A stretch of DNA of 42,795 nucleotides from a virus (IMGVR_UViG_2526164634_000009), one strand, 5' to 3'. Numbered from the stretch's first letter, positions 28,743 to 38,077 are shown. Numbers and translations are program-made. The notes: a model not told the origin generated them from the letters alone.

Positions 28743-29062
28743 TTTGCGGCCCTCAGAATAAATTCAGGATAAAATTTCAGACTCATTTGCCGTAACACAT
28801 CCAGTGCAGCAACGGCTGCTGATTTATCGTTGCCATCAGCAATAGCGCGGAGATTTTCAATAATCCAGTGAGGACTCAGTGACTCAGCAATAATGCCAAA
28901 CCGGTACGCCATGACCTCATCAATAGCTTTTTCATGAGACGGCTCATATACAAAATTCACAAAGTCATGCACTTCTTTTTTCGGCAAACCACCGGCAATC
29001 AGCAGGGCGGCAAGCTCTTCTGATTTTGAAAATACACCATTATTCATGTCACTCACCTTCAC
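28739..29062 (-). CDS. Hypothetical early protein
   Basis: 107-aa ORF, 4-nt overlap with neighbour. Confidence 0.5.
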   Translation of the reverse strand: MKVSDMNNGVFSKSEELAALLIAGGLPKKEVHDFVNFVYEPSHEKAIDEVMAYRFGIIAESLSPHWIIENLRAIADGNDKSAAVAALDVLRQMSLKFYPEFILRAAK

Positions 29063-29231
29063 AATTCATGCACGCCGTGTCATCGCCCATATCGCAGTGG
29101 TTACATTTCTGCCCGCCACAATGAGGGCACTCTTTCAGATATTCAGGGGATTCATTACCGCAGGTCGGGCATTCCTGTTTCACCGTGGTAAATTTCCCCA
29201 GCCACGAATACGATGTTTCATTGTTTTCCAT
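29049..29231 (-). CDS. Small zinc-ribbon protein (CPTCG...CPHCG...CNHC...CMNC)
   Basis: 60-aa ORF with four Cys pairs. Confidence 0.45.
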   Translation of the reverse strand: MENNETSYSWLGKFTTVKQECPTCGNESPEYLKECPHCGGQKCNHCDMGDDTACMNCEGE

Positions 29232-29748
29232 TGTTTACCTCCGCCTGTTTTTGCGCCCGGATAAATTCGTCAGAAAGGATTTCAGTCATGCGGCCCTGTG
29301 CGGGAGTCATCCCTGTCATGACGTAAATCACATCACCAACACGGAACCACCGGAGCGGGCCGAATATTGTTGCGCTGAAATCCAGTCCCAGTGCGGGTAA
29401 GAGAGCGTCAGTACGGGCATAAGTGACCGGAATATTCTCCTGCCATATTTTCGCCAGCTCTTTTGACTGCTCCCGCAGATGTGCAGGAATGCGCGATGTT
29501 CTTGGCCTGCAACTGTTACCTGATGCGGAGCGTTGTACAGTCCACAACTCCGGCGAGAAAGGTCGCTCATTCCCCGGAAAATTCACGCCATGAAAATGAC
29601 GCCCACCAATACCTGTGCTGAATACTGACCGGCAACCACAACCCAGAACCTTATCAAGATGGCGGGCTTCTTCGCGTAGTTTCAGGCAGTCCGCCATAAA
29701 CTGGTCCCATGCCAGCAGTGCTGCGGGATTTGACGTTTTAAAAAACAT
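29218..29748 (-). CDS. Hypothetical early protein; start taken at internal ATG 29748 overlapping upstream stop
   Basis: 176 aa from MFFKTSNPAALL... Confidence 0.5.
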   Translation of the reverse strand: MFFKTSNPAALLAWDQFMADCLKLREEARHLDKVLGCGCRSVFSTGIGGRHFHGVNFPGNERPFSPELWTVQRSASGNSCRPRTSRIPAHLREQSKELAKIWQENIPVTYARTDALLPALGLDFSATIFGPLRWFRVGDVIYVMTGMTPAQGRMTEILSDEFIRAQKQAEVNNGKQ

Positions 29749-30278
29749 CACGCCACCTCCTGCACCGCTGCGGGAGCCGGAGAACAATCAAGAATGAGAT
29801 AACGCAGTACATGGTCGGTGATATTCCAGGCGCTGGAACTGCAAATAAAACGCCCCAGCCGGATATCGATATAAGCCATCACAAAACGGGGCATTCCCTG
29901 TTCGCACATTCTGTTATCCACCTCAGCAACAATGTGAACTGACTCACAGGTCAGCACGCCCGTCGCAAACTCTTTTGCCAGCGCGGGGATGGTATTACCT
30001 TCCACCCAGGGTAATGAGCGACGCCAGTTGCACCACACCGCATCATCAACAGCAGGCTGCTCAGTTGCGTTTCGTCTTACAGGCGGCGTCGGACGCGGGC
30101 GCGGAACGTCATAAAATCCGTTGCATTCGGTGAGCACTCCGGCATCAACCGCATCACGCAGGAAATACACCATTGACGAGGGCAGCATATTCATTTTTTC
30201 AGCCAGAACTCCGCAGGTCAGGCGTCCGTAAGCCCGTAATAATGTGCTGACACCATTCAGAATTTTTGCATCAACCAT
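29748..30278 (-). CDS. Hypothetical early protein with possible N-terminal winged-helix
   Basis: 176-aa ORF. Confidence 0.5.
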   Translation of the reverse strand: MVDAKILNGVSTLLRAYGRLTCGVLAEKMNMLPSSMVYFLRDAVDAGVLTECNGFYDVPRPRPTPPVRRNATEQPAVDDAVWCNWRRSLPWVEGNTIPALAKEFATGVLTCESVHIVAEVDNRMCEQGMPRFVMAYIDIRLGRFICSSSAWNITDHVLRYLILDCSPAPAAVQEVA

Positions 30279-30376
30279 GTTTTATTCCTCAGTAATCTGT
30301 TTCAGGCGCGAGCAATCCCCTGACGTATCGCGCCATAATTAAAAGAATGTGAATTAATTAAATATTAATGGTGGTA

Positions 30377-30901
30377 TTAAATACCGGCTTCCTGTTCAAA
30401 TGGAATAATAGAAAAATCCTCAATGCCTGATTTAACTGTAATTCCGGCAACGCCTGCGACCGCTTTCGGTTCCAGTAAAATCGCTTCCTTGTTGATTTCC
30501 TGCTTCGTGCGAATAAAGCGTTGCAGGCCAAGACGCTCCAGCGTTTCCATCACTGCATCCATACCACGAATACTTACTGATGGCGGACGGACCCGCCACG
30601 ATACATCACCGGTGACAAGATTCGCCGTCTTCACTTTGCCGCCGTTCGTCAGTTCGTCGCGGTTCGCTTCACACCATCCCTGAACGCCTTTTGAAAGGGT
30701 TTCAATATCGGTTTTAATCGGTGCAATCCGGGCTGCAAATTTCTCCGTAATTTCCGCGATGGCATCATTCATTTCCGTTTCCAGACGTGATGCTTCGCGC
30801 TGTAAATCCCCGATGCGTTTAATATCGGTAATCACCGCATCGCGGTTTTGTGGCACATAAGCCGCTGCGGCACTTTTGATACGTTTTGCTGGTTTAGCCA
30901 T
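30377..30901 (-). CDS. gam: Host-nuclease inhibitor Gam (Ku-like DNA end-binding protein)
   Basis: 174 aa; matches Mu Gam as I recall it, essentially along its length. Confidence 0.9.
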   Translation of the reverse strand: MAKPAKRIKSAAAAYVPQNRDAVITDIKRIGDLQREASRLETEMNDAIAEITEKFAARIAPIKTDIETLSKGVQGWCEANRDELTNGGKVKTANLVTGDVSWRVRPPSVSIRGMDAVMETLERLGLQRFIRTKQEINKEAILLEPKAVAGVAGITVKSGIEDFSIIPFEQEAGI

Positions 30902-30920
30902 AAATTAAAGCTCCTGTTAA

Positions 30921-31220
30921 TTAATATCCGCTGTATACAATGCTGGATACAGCTCGATTGCTTAATTCCATCTTTCGGGCAATGACATGAATATCCAGTC
31001 CTTCTTTATAAAGTTCACGACATAAATATTTGTCGTGTTCACTGATTCGGTATACACACAATGATATTCCGTGCCTTCTGGCATGTGCCCGGAGGGCGGT
31101 TGTGGCGACTTTCAGTTTTTCCGCCATTTCTTCAATGGTCATTTTCCCGACGTTGGCTTCGATAAATTCCCGGTCTTCGCGTGACCAGCGCTTACGATTA
31201 CACTTCATGTCAGTCACCAT
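30921..31220 (-). CDS. Small putative DNA-binding protein (two HTH-like segments)
   Basis: 99-aa ORF. Confidence 0.45.
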   Translation of the reverse strand: MVTDMKCNRKRWSREDREFIEANVGKMTIEEMAEKLKVATTALRAHARRHGISLCVYRISEHDKYLCRELYKEGLDIHVIARKMELSNRAVSSIVYSGY

Positions 31221-31640
31221 TCAGTACAGCAGAGGCTCGCGCAGTGATGCCGGAATATGCCGCAGCGATAACTGAACCGCTTTCAGGGCAAGCGAGGAAT
31301 AACAGCAGCGCGCCCAGCCTTTTGCCATTAACCGGTAATCGCGCCAGATACGCTGCCACATTTCACGGGCTTCAGGGTCTGATGCGCAGATGTATTCCCG
31401 GTCCATGACGTACTCCCATAAATCCACGTTGAACGCACCGCCAAATGCAATGGCGCGGGATATGCTTTCGCCGCAATAACGTGCACAGATGCTGTAATGG
31501 TCGAAAGCAATCAGGTAAGTCTTTTCACCACAATCATCAACTTTCCGGGCGCAAATAAACTCGCGTAATTCACCACCGTTGTTATTGCGTTCCTGAATTC
31601 GGATTAATGCCTGAATTTCATTTCGGATTTTGACGTTCAT
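31221..31640 (-). CDS. Hypothetical early protein (Cys-rich)
   Basis: 139-aa ORF. Confidence 0.5.
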   Translation of the reverse strand: MNVKIRNEIQALIRIQERNNNGGELREFICARKVDDCGEKTYLIAFDHYSICARYCGESISRAIAFGGAFNVDLWEYVMDREYICASDPEAREMWQRIWRDYRLMAKGWARCCYSSLALKAVQLSLRHIPASLREPLLY

Positions 31641-31660
31641 TGTCAGCGTTCCTTTGCGAA

Positions 31661-31930
31661 TTAATGTTTAACCGCATTCACCGGATGTGGTACTAAATCA
31701 CATTCAGCTTCCATACCCACTTTCTTCATAGTGGTCAGCATCTCATCTTTGGCCTTTTTAATAATTTCAGGAGCCATAGTCAGGACGATATTTGCCAGTA
31801 AATCATGAGGCCCGATATTTTCCGTTGGCGAGATATCTGCAAGACATGCTTTTGCATCCAGAACTTCTCTGCGCCCATTGCAACCGTCACTACTTTCCAG
31901 CCATGTAAACTCAAAGATAACTTTTGCCAT
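31661..31930 (-). CDS. Hypothetical early protein
   Basis: 89-aa ORF. Confidence 0.5.
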   Translation of the reverse strand: MAKVIFEFTWLESSDGCNGRREVLDAKACLADISPTENIGPHDLLANIVLTMAPEIIKKAKDEMLTTMKKVGMEAECDLVPHPVNAVKH

Positions 31931-32168
31931 TTTGCGTCTCCTTATTGATTCTGAATAACTGCGCTGGCTTTTACCTTCGCGCCTTTTACCTGCTTAAAGA
32001 AAACCGCGCTGCACCACGGACAACATGCAAAGGAGTCCCATACTTCATTTTCTGGTGAGCATTGCGTCATAATTTGCTCTTTGCATTTGGGGCAATTAAA
32101 TGCAGTCAGAGCCACATTGTTATTCTGTACCCGTTTAACCCATTCAATATATTTTTCAGCTTTAGTAC

Positions 32169-33225
32169 GGCTTTGTTGAATAAATCAGATTTCGGGTAAG
32201 TCTCCCCCGTAGCGGGTTGTGTTTTCAGGCAATACGCACGCTTTCAGGCATACCTGCTTTCGTCATTTTGTTCAGCGCTCGTACCAGGGCCATAGCCTCT
32301 GCAACCTGACCATCGTAGTCACGCAGTGTCAGTGAACCTCCGAACAGCTGTTTTACCCGGTACATCGCCGTTTCCGCTATCGAGCGACGGTTGTAATCTG
32401 TTGTCCATTTCCACCGCGCATTACTCCCGGTCATTCGCTGATTAGCCACTGCACGGTTACGGTCTGCATATTCACCGGGCCAGTAACCCGCACCTTTTCG
32501 GGGAGGGATAAGGGCGCTGATTTTCTTACGCCGCAGTTCATCGTGACAGAGCCGGGTGTCGTAAGCGCCGTCTGCCGATGCTGCCCTGATTTTTCTGTGA
32601 GTCTGCCGGATAAGACCCGGGAAGGCTTCTGAGTCCGTTACGTTGTTCAGCGACAGGTCTGCACAGATGATTTCATGTGTGTTGCTGTCAACGGCCAGAT
32701 GCAACTTCCGCCAGATACGACGGCGTTCTTTGCCGTGTTTTTTGACTTTCCATTCGCCTTCACCAAAGACCTTCAGCCCGGTGGAATCAATCACCAGATG
32801 CGCGATTTCACCTCGGGTGAACGTTTTGAAACTGACATTAACCGACTTTGCGCGCTTGCTGACACTGGTGTAATCCGGGCAGCGCAACGGAACATTTATC
32901 AGTGTAAAAATGGAATCAATAAAACCCTGTGCAGCCCGCAGGGTCAGCCTGAACACGCGTTTAATGACCAGAACGGTGGTGATGGCGAGATCAGAATAGC
33001 GCTGAGGTCTTCCCCGTGATGAAGGCGTTGCCGACTCATACCAGGCCTGAATAGCTTCATCATCCAGCCAGAAAGTTATGGAGCCACGGTTGATGAGGGC
33101 TTTATTGTAGGTGGGCCAGTTGGTGATTTTGAACTTTTGCTTTGCCACGGAACGGTCTGCGTTGTCGGGAAGATACGTGATCTGATCCTTCAACTCAGCA
33201 AAAGTTCGATTTATTCAACAAAGCC
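32169..33225 (-). mobile_element. IS903-like element (IS5 family), 1057 bp, 9-bp target duplication CTTTAGTAC at 32160-32168 and 33226-33234
   Basis: Perfect 18-bp terminal inverted repeats GGCTTTGTTGAATAAATC, single transposase ORF, identical 9-bp flanking repeats. Confidence 0.9.
32225..33193 (-). CDS. tnp: IS903-type transposase (DDE); true start may be internal
   Basis: ORF contains FKITNWPTYNKALINRGSITFWLDDEAIQAWY region that I recognise as IS903 transposase. Confidence 0.9.
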   Translation of the reverse strand: MKDQITYLPDNADRSVAKQKFKITNWPTYNKALINRGSITFWLDDEAIQAWYESATPSSRGRPQRYSDLAITTVLVIKRVFRLTLRAAQGFIDSIFTLINVPLRCPDYTSVSKRAKSVNVSFKTFTRGEIAHLVIDSTGLKVFGEGEWKVKKHGKERRRIWRKLHLAVDSNTHEIICADLSLNNVTDSEAFPGLIRQTHRKIRAASADGAYDTRLCHDELRRKKISALIPPRKGAGYWPGEYADRNRAVANQRMTGSNARWKWTTDYNRRSIAETAMYRVKQLFGGSLTLRDYDGQVAEAMALVRALNKMTKAGMPESVRIA

Positions 33226-33240
33226 CTTTAGTACACATCG

Positions 33241-33468
33241 TTATCTCCAGATAATCTGGCAACCATTAAGACGGGCCGTCCATACAGAACGGGCCACCCC
33301 GGACTTATGCTCCATAATTCTGACCGCGTTTTTTACCAGTTCCACCGGTGGGTAAGTGATTTCAAGAATCGGACGCGCCACGCCGAGATATGATTCATTT
33401 ACATGACTCCCGCGCGCCTGTAACCAGTTCTGCGCATCCGTTGCCATTTTTATATTTCGGGCCATCAT
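33241..33468 (-). CDS. Small early protein immediately downstream of B (position of Mu kil)
   Basis: 75-aa ORF; position-based only. Confidence 0.4.
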
Positions 33469-33483
33469 AATTTCTTCTCCTTC

Positions 33484-34422
33484 TTAATTACGCAGCAGCG
33501 TTGAAATATCAACGTCCAGGTCTAATTCACGGAAAGCCTGACGCAGATAATCTTCGTTAACACGCTCACCTTTACCGTGAGCCGTCATGGCGGCAAGGCG
33601 AAGTGAATGATTCAGAATGCGAAGCGCACCTGGTTTCTGCGCAATCTGCTGTAATAACTCCAGTTCTTTTTCACCGTTAATCTGCCAGGCATCCGCAATA
33701 GCTTTTACATCGGCTTTTTTGGTTTTATTAATTGCAGTGCGCTTTGCAATACGGGAAAACAGACGGGCAAATTCAACCGTTCTGTTACCCCCCGTCATAT
33801 TTGAATAAACCCGGTGATTTCCCATCAGCACAAGGCCAATACGGGTTGATTCCTGTAACAGGCGGAGTTCTTCCAGAACCTCGGCACCAAGATGATCAGC
33901 TTCGTCGATGATAACCAGCCCCTGTGTACCTTCAAGGCGACGTCGCAGGGCGCGGGAGAGCGGCCCTTTACGGCGTGGTGCGTCATTCATTCCCAGCTCA
34001 AACGCCAGTTCAGTAAGACATTCCAGAACGCTGGCACAGGATGGCGTAATGGTGATCATCCAGACATTGTTATTGGTGCGGCGATATTCACGGGCCGCTT
34101 CGGTTTTACCCACACCAGGATTGCCACATACAACAGCAATACTTTCAGTCAGGCTGGCAAAACGCATACTTGTCCAGATTTGTTTTACCGTCTGCGTTTC
34201 CACAAAGCGGGGCGGCTCAGGTAGTTCTGCAACTGCATGATATTTTTCCAGCCAGCGTTGCAGAATTTGTGAAACACGCTCGTTATCCCCGTTGTACTTA
34301 TCATTGATAAAACTACTGATAGTTCCGGTAGAAAGCCCGCTCTCAAGAGCAATTTGTTTAAAGGTGGTTTCTTCATTTTCTACAAGCGTGCGCAGTTCTG
34401 CGCGAATATCGGAAATATTCAT
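33484..34422 (-). CDS. B: Transposition ATPase B (MuB-like AAA+)
   Basis: 312 aa, Walker A GNPGVGKT, follows A. Confidence 0.85.
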   Translation of the reverse strand: MNISDIRAELRTLVENEETTFKQIALESGLSTGTISSFINDKYNGDNERVSQILQRWLEKYHAVAELPEPPRFVETQTVKQIWTSMRFASLTESIAVVCGNPGVGKTEAAREYRRTNNNVWMITITPSCASVLECLTELAFELGMNDAPRRKGPLSRALRRRLEGTQGLVIIDEADHLGAEVLEELRLLQESTRIGLVLMGNHRVYSNMTGGNRTVEFARLFSRIAKRTAINKTKKADVKAIADAWQINGEKELELLQQIAQKPGALRILNHSLRLAAMTAHGKGERVNEDYLRQAFRELDLDVDISTLLRN

Positions 34423-34460
34423 CTGAATAACCTCGTAATTAAATTTTGTTTAAACGTTAA

Positions 34461-36554
34461 TTAAATGGCTTTTTTACGTCTGTTCTGTTCCAGAATATCC
34501 AGCGAATGATTCAGATATTCATCACGCTCAGTTTCGTATTCATCATCATGCTCTTCCTCACACCTCAACGGCTGAACGGTCACCACATTACCAACAGGGC
34601 GATAAACATTATCCAGCCAGGGTTCTATCGTTTTTTGTTCAATAACCTGAATACCTTCATCCTCAGCATCACGTATTTTTTCCTCAGCACGCTTGCGCAT
34701 TCCTTTAATACGTTGCTGTTGTTTGTGATATTCAGCCGTAACAGGAAAGGCTGCGCGTTTATTGCCGTTCCATATCGCCTCACAGATAAAGCTACCGTCC
34801 TTACGGCGTACCGTAATTCGCTCGGCATCGTGAATGTCATAGCTGATAAGTACCTTGCGACCATGTTCATCACGTAGCTCTGGCGCGTAGTAAATATTGT
34901 TCAGCCACTGGATTTCGCAGCGTCTTACCGGACGCTCCACCATCGGGCGGAACATGTCACGCAGCTCAATATCACTCAGCCACTCAATTTCAGTGTCTTC
35001 TTCCGCTAAGCGTTTTTTTCTGAACTCTGCCGGGCTGTAATGTTTTCCGTTTGGTTTCATCGGCAATTCAGAATGTGGGCGGTTGTTGTACCACTCCACC
35101 CCCTCACGGATAGCCTCAATCAGTTCTGACCAAGACGGCAGCTCGCGCATTGCGGCTTTCTGACGGGCGCTCAGTGGCTTGTCCTGTTGCAGGGCATTAA
35201 ACGCTGAACGCAGATCACGATTAAGTACTCGCAACGATTCCCGGTCAGCCCCCTTGCCGAAATAGGTGCGATACCTCCTTGCTATACGCATCGGTAACGT
35301 CCGGTTCAGGCGCTCAATAATGCCGCGTCCCTGCGGATTTCCCGCAATACCAGTGGGGTGGTTAATCCCCAGGCGGGGCAGAATCCCGACGATCTCTTTA
35401 TCCAGCATATCTGCCGTTTCACCGGAACCATTATCCGAGTAATACAGGAATGGTTTTCCGTGATTGCGAATGCCGTGTTGTATCGCCCCGGCAACAGCGA
35501 ACACGTTCTCCGCAAGATCAAGACTCCAGCCAACCACAAACCGGGTTCCACCGTCGATCACAAACGTAACTTCCGGTGAAAATGGACGCCCGTGAACCGG
35601 ATGCGCACATTTCAGCTTCATACCGTGACCGTCACCAATCCAGACATAATTCACCGGCATAGCTGTCCAGTCGCGGCGGGTGAATCCTTCAAGCTGACGG
35701 TATTCACTGCCGGTAACGCGCCCTTTTTGTTTCACCACTTCCGGCAGTTTTTTCATGGCATACCGGACAACATCATAGGAAGGCATCACCTCCAGCATGT
35801 ATGGTTCGTCCGCATGGCGACGCTGCCAATCAGCGACAAAATCCTCGTATGCTTCTGACATAGGCCTGCCGTTAGCCTGACGATACTGCGCCAGAAATTC
35901 AGGCAGCCAGCTAATTTCTTCCGGTTTTATTTCGTCGCGCTTTCCTGGTGCCAGTAACAGCAATCGTTCTGCGGCATTCTGTGCTTTGTTAAACGCAGCT
36001 ATCCAACGTTTGAGCGTAATTGCGCTCAGAGTTCGCTCTTTCCCTTTACGGGCATTAGCAGTAATGACCAAAGATTCCAGGCGTTCTTCCAGGTTACCCT
36101 GCGCTAACCGCGACACAATAAAACGTATAGCGCTGGCACAACTGAATCCCGGCTCCTGGCTAATTCGTAGAACTTCACAGACAAGAGCAATACGCGCTTC
36201 TGCAACTTTACGTTGATTTTCCGTAAGCGCATTCAGACGCTCTTCTACCAATTGTGGCGAACCGCGATATGCCTCAACAGGCTGTACAACATTTTGTTTG
36301 CGTTCACGCTTTACAGGAGGCTGGGTAGTTATCTCCTGCGGGGCGGTTGCCATCAGTTGAGCTACATGGCGCTCACGTAACGCCCGTTGTGTAACCGGAG
36401 GGAGGCAGTCGATGCTGTATTCAATGGTTTTTGAACCCGCACGTTTGCGCCTGAAATGCTCAGATGAGGCCAGTTTCCTTATGGAATACCGCACCCCTTG
36501 CGCAGTTCCCGGCATACCCGGTAGCCCTACAAGCTCATTAACTGACACAAACAT
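34461..36554 (-). CDS. A: DDE transposase A (MuA-like)
   Basis: 697 aa; C-terminal tail DDEYETERDEYLNHSLDILEQNRRKKAI matches Mu A as remembered, N-terminal DNA-binding region diverged. Confidence 0.9.
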   Translation of the reverse strand: MFVSVNELVGLPGMPGTAQGVRYSIRKLASSEHFRRKRAGSKTIEYSIDCLPPVTQRALRERHVAQLMATAPQEITTQPPVKRERKQNVVQPVEAYRGSPQLVEERLNALTENQRKVAEARIALVCEVLRISQEPGFSCASAIRFIVSRLAQGNLEERLESLVITANARKGKERTLSAITLKRWIAAFNKAQNAAERLLLLAPGKRDEIKPEEISWLPEFLAQYRQANGRPMSEAYEDFVADWQRRHADEPYMLEVMPSYDVVRYAMKKLPEVVKQKGRVTGSEYRQLEGFTRRDWTAMPVNYVWIGDGHGMKLKCAHPVHGRPFSPEVTFVIDGGTRFVVGWSLDLAENVFAVAGAIQHGIRNHGKPFLYYSDNGSGETADMLDKEIVGILPRLGINHPTGIAGNPQGRGIIERLNRTLPMRIARRYRTYFGKGADRESLRVLNRDLRSAFNALQQDKPLSARQKAAMRELPSWSELIEAIREGVEWYNNRPHSELPMKPNGKHYSPAEFRKKRLAEEDTEIEWLSDIELRDMFRPMVERPVRRCEIQWLNNIYYAPELRDEHGRKVLISYDIHDAERITVRRKDGSFICEAIWNGNKRAAFPVTAEYHKQQQRIKGMRKRAEEKIRDAEDEGIQVIEQKTIEPWLDNVYRPVGNVVTVQPLRCEEEHDDEYETERDEYLNHSLDILEQNRRKKAI

Positions 36555-36556
36555 TT

Positions 36557-36793
36557 TTATGCCACCTTACGAGCGTAACGGCTGGGCCAGATCTCCTCCG
36601 GCGCAACACCAATAGCATCAGCAATAATGCGCTCATATTTTGGGCATTTGCGGTACAGGGCATTCTTTAAAGAATCCTGGTTTAAACCGGCTTCAATGGA
36701 CAGAGAGCGTAAAGTAAAACCTTTTACATGCACCGCCGCGACAACATGCGCGGGGTGCCAGTCCTGTTTAACAACTTCATTTATAGACATCAT
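36557..36793 (-). CDS. ner: Ner-like DNA-binding regulator (start taken at internal ATG 36793)
   Basis: C-terminal IIADAIGVAPEEIWPSRY resembles Ner family; AAGGA RBS before internal ATG. Confidence 0.7.
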   Translation of the reverse strand: MMSINEVVKQDWHPAHVVAAVHVKGFTLRSLSIEAGLNQDSLKNALYRKCPKYERIIADAIGVAPEEIWPSRYARKVA

Positions 36794-36973
36794 TCGTTTA
36801 TCCTTAAAAGTTATCTGTGCGGATAACACCGCCGGATAATCTCTGCGGATAAAGTATTGATCCACATGTGGCGCATGTAAAGCAAAAATTTGATTTTCTT
36901 TTGCCTGATGTGGATCATCTGTGTTTTCTATTGAAATTATCCTTTTGTATCAATTAGATAAGAGGAAAGAAAA
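36794..36973. promoter_or_regulatory. Divergent early/repressor promoter-operator region
   Basis: Three CGGATAA repeats 13 bp apart (36818-36852) and inverted repeat TGATCCACAT / ATGTGGATCA (36858-36867, 36909-36918) between divergent ner and c. Confidence 0.5.
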
Positions 36974-37519
36974 ATGGATAAGCTGAAAGGAAAGTCACTT
37001 TCTTTGCCGGAAGTGACAAAAGAAAGTATCCCGGAGCGTTTGAGAGAATTAATTGGAAAAAGAAGTGTAAGGGCTGCTGCGAAAGATTGGGGGTTGTCTT
37101 TTTCTACTTTAAACAATTACCTGACGCGAGGTACTGAACCTTCACTCAGTGTGGCTCGGCAGATAGCTGCAATTGAAGGGGTTACTATCGAATGGATATG
37201 TGGATCACATGATGATTCATATGAGAATCACCCAATTTCAACTAACACGCATAATGAGAATACAAAACTCATTATGAACATCATTAACGCCTTGGATGCA
37301 AAGGATATTGAGCGACTATCTAAGACTCTTGCCCTCAATGGTGCTAAGTATCTGACTCAAATGTTGGAACCCGAAAATCAAGGCTTACTGCGTCTTGAAG
37401 GACGAAAACGTGTCGCCGCGCTGCTATTAGATGATTTACCTGATGAGCGTATCAGAGAGATTTTGGAAGAAATTGAGAGCAGCAAACTCTCAAGTAGTGT
37501 AAAATCGAGAGCGGGCTAG
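36974..37519 (+). CDS. c: Prophage repressor (c-like, HTH)
   Basis: 181 aa, divergent from ner, HTH-like segment near N-terminus. Confidence 0.7.
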   Translation: MDKLKGKSLSLPEVTKESIPERLRELIGKRSVRAAAKDWGLSFSTLNNYLTRGTEPSLSVARQIAAIEGVTIEWICGSHDDSYENHPISTNTHNENTKLIMNIINALDAKDIERLSKTLALNGAKYLTQMLEPENQGLLRLEGRKRVAALLLDDLPDERIREILEEIESSKLSSSVKSRAG

Positions 37520-37583
37520 TTCAATTAGCCCGCAGTGAACAGATTTTGAAGGCATTTAAAATGCTAAAATTGCAGTAACGCGT

Positions 37584-37745
37584 AGTATCAAATATTTTTT
37601 CGTTTTTAGCTTTCTTTGCGATGGTAGTATCAAATCGCATGTTGTGCGCATAACACTGTTTTATGTCATAACTGTTTGTTTTATCCCATCAAATCCCGTT
37701 TAATCCACTTTCCTCCCGGATTTTTCACCAGTATCAAATAATTTA
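37584..37745. repeat. Mu-like left-end attachment region with three AGTATCAAAT repeats (37584, 37626, 37730), candidate transposase-binding sites
   Basis: Spacing 42 and 104 bp mirrors Mu L3-L2-L1; adjacent tract (revcomp AAAAATCCGGGAGGAAAGTGGATTAAACGGGATTTGATGGGAT) resembles remembered Mu left end. Confidence 0.5.
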
Positions 37746-38077
37746 CCTCTCTATACGACTATGAGGAGAAATTGCTTATTGCCAGATGGGAACTGACAGC
37801 AGAACAGGCTGTTACACAGCAGTTAAAAAATGAGGTGTCAAAAGGAAAACTGATTGACACCGGGTTCTGTATTTTTGCCCTCAGTAAGCTGGCAATGGCG
37901 TTATCCAGTACGCTTGATTCCATCCCTTTATCCATGCAGCGACAGTTTCCTGATTTAACACCGCGCCATCTTGACCATCTGAAAACCATTATTGCGAAGG
38001 GGGCAAATCAGTGTGCGCGGGCAGGGGATAAATTACCGGATTTACTCGATGAATATATCAGAGCAACAACTGAATAA
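37742..38077 (+). pseudogene. nu1: Lambda-like terminase small subunit nu1, 3' fragment only (truncated by Mu-like prophage insertion)
   Basis: Frame opens only at 37742 after in-frame TAA; translated C-terminal part resembles lambda Nu1 C-terminus and overlaps A start as in lambda. Confidence 0.7.

Larger units (their letters stand above)
31942..33238 (-). pseudogene. Small zinc-ribbon early gene split by IS903-like insertion (start codon and RBS at 33238-33226, remainder 32168-31942)
   Basis: GGAG then ATG TGT ACT AAA at 33238 reads in frame through the duplication into 32168-31942 once the IS is removed; encodes CPKC...CCPWC motif; about 76 aa. Confidence 0.45.
1..37745 (-). mobile_element. 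Mu-like transposable prophage, partial; right end (rest of invertible segment, invertase, right terminus) lies before the window start; left terminus approx 37745, uncertain by about 40 bp
   Basis: Colinear Mu-type gene order on minus strand from c/ner/A/B through Gam, GemA, Mor, C, lys, terminase, portal, capsid, sheath, tube, tape measure, baseplate, tail fibre; three AGTATCAAAT repeats near the inferred end. Confidence 0.85.

Noticed and set aside
36557-36865. 102-aa version of ner starting at the first ATG
   Set aside because: Ner-family proteins are about 75 aa; the internal ATG at 36793 has an AAGGA RBS, and the upstream 24 codons fall in the operator region.
37735-37736. Mu-like terminus placed at the CA inside the last AGTATCAAAT repeat
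   Set aside because: It would leave an in-frame TAA inside sequence assigned to lambda nu1 and cut the terminal repeat itself; the end remains unresolved.
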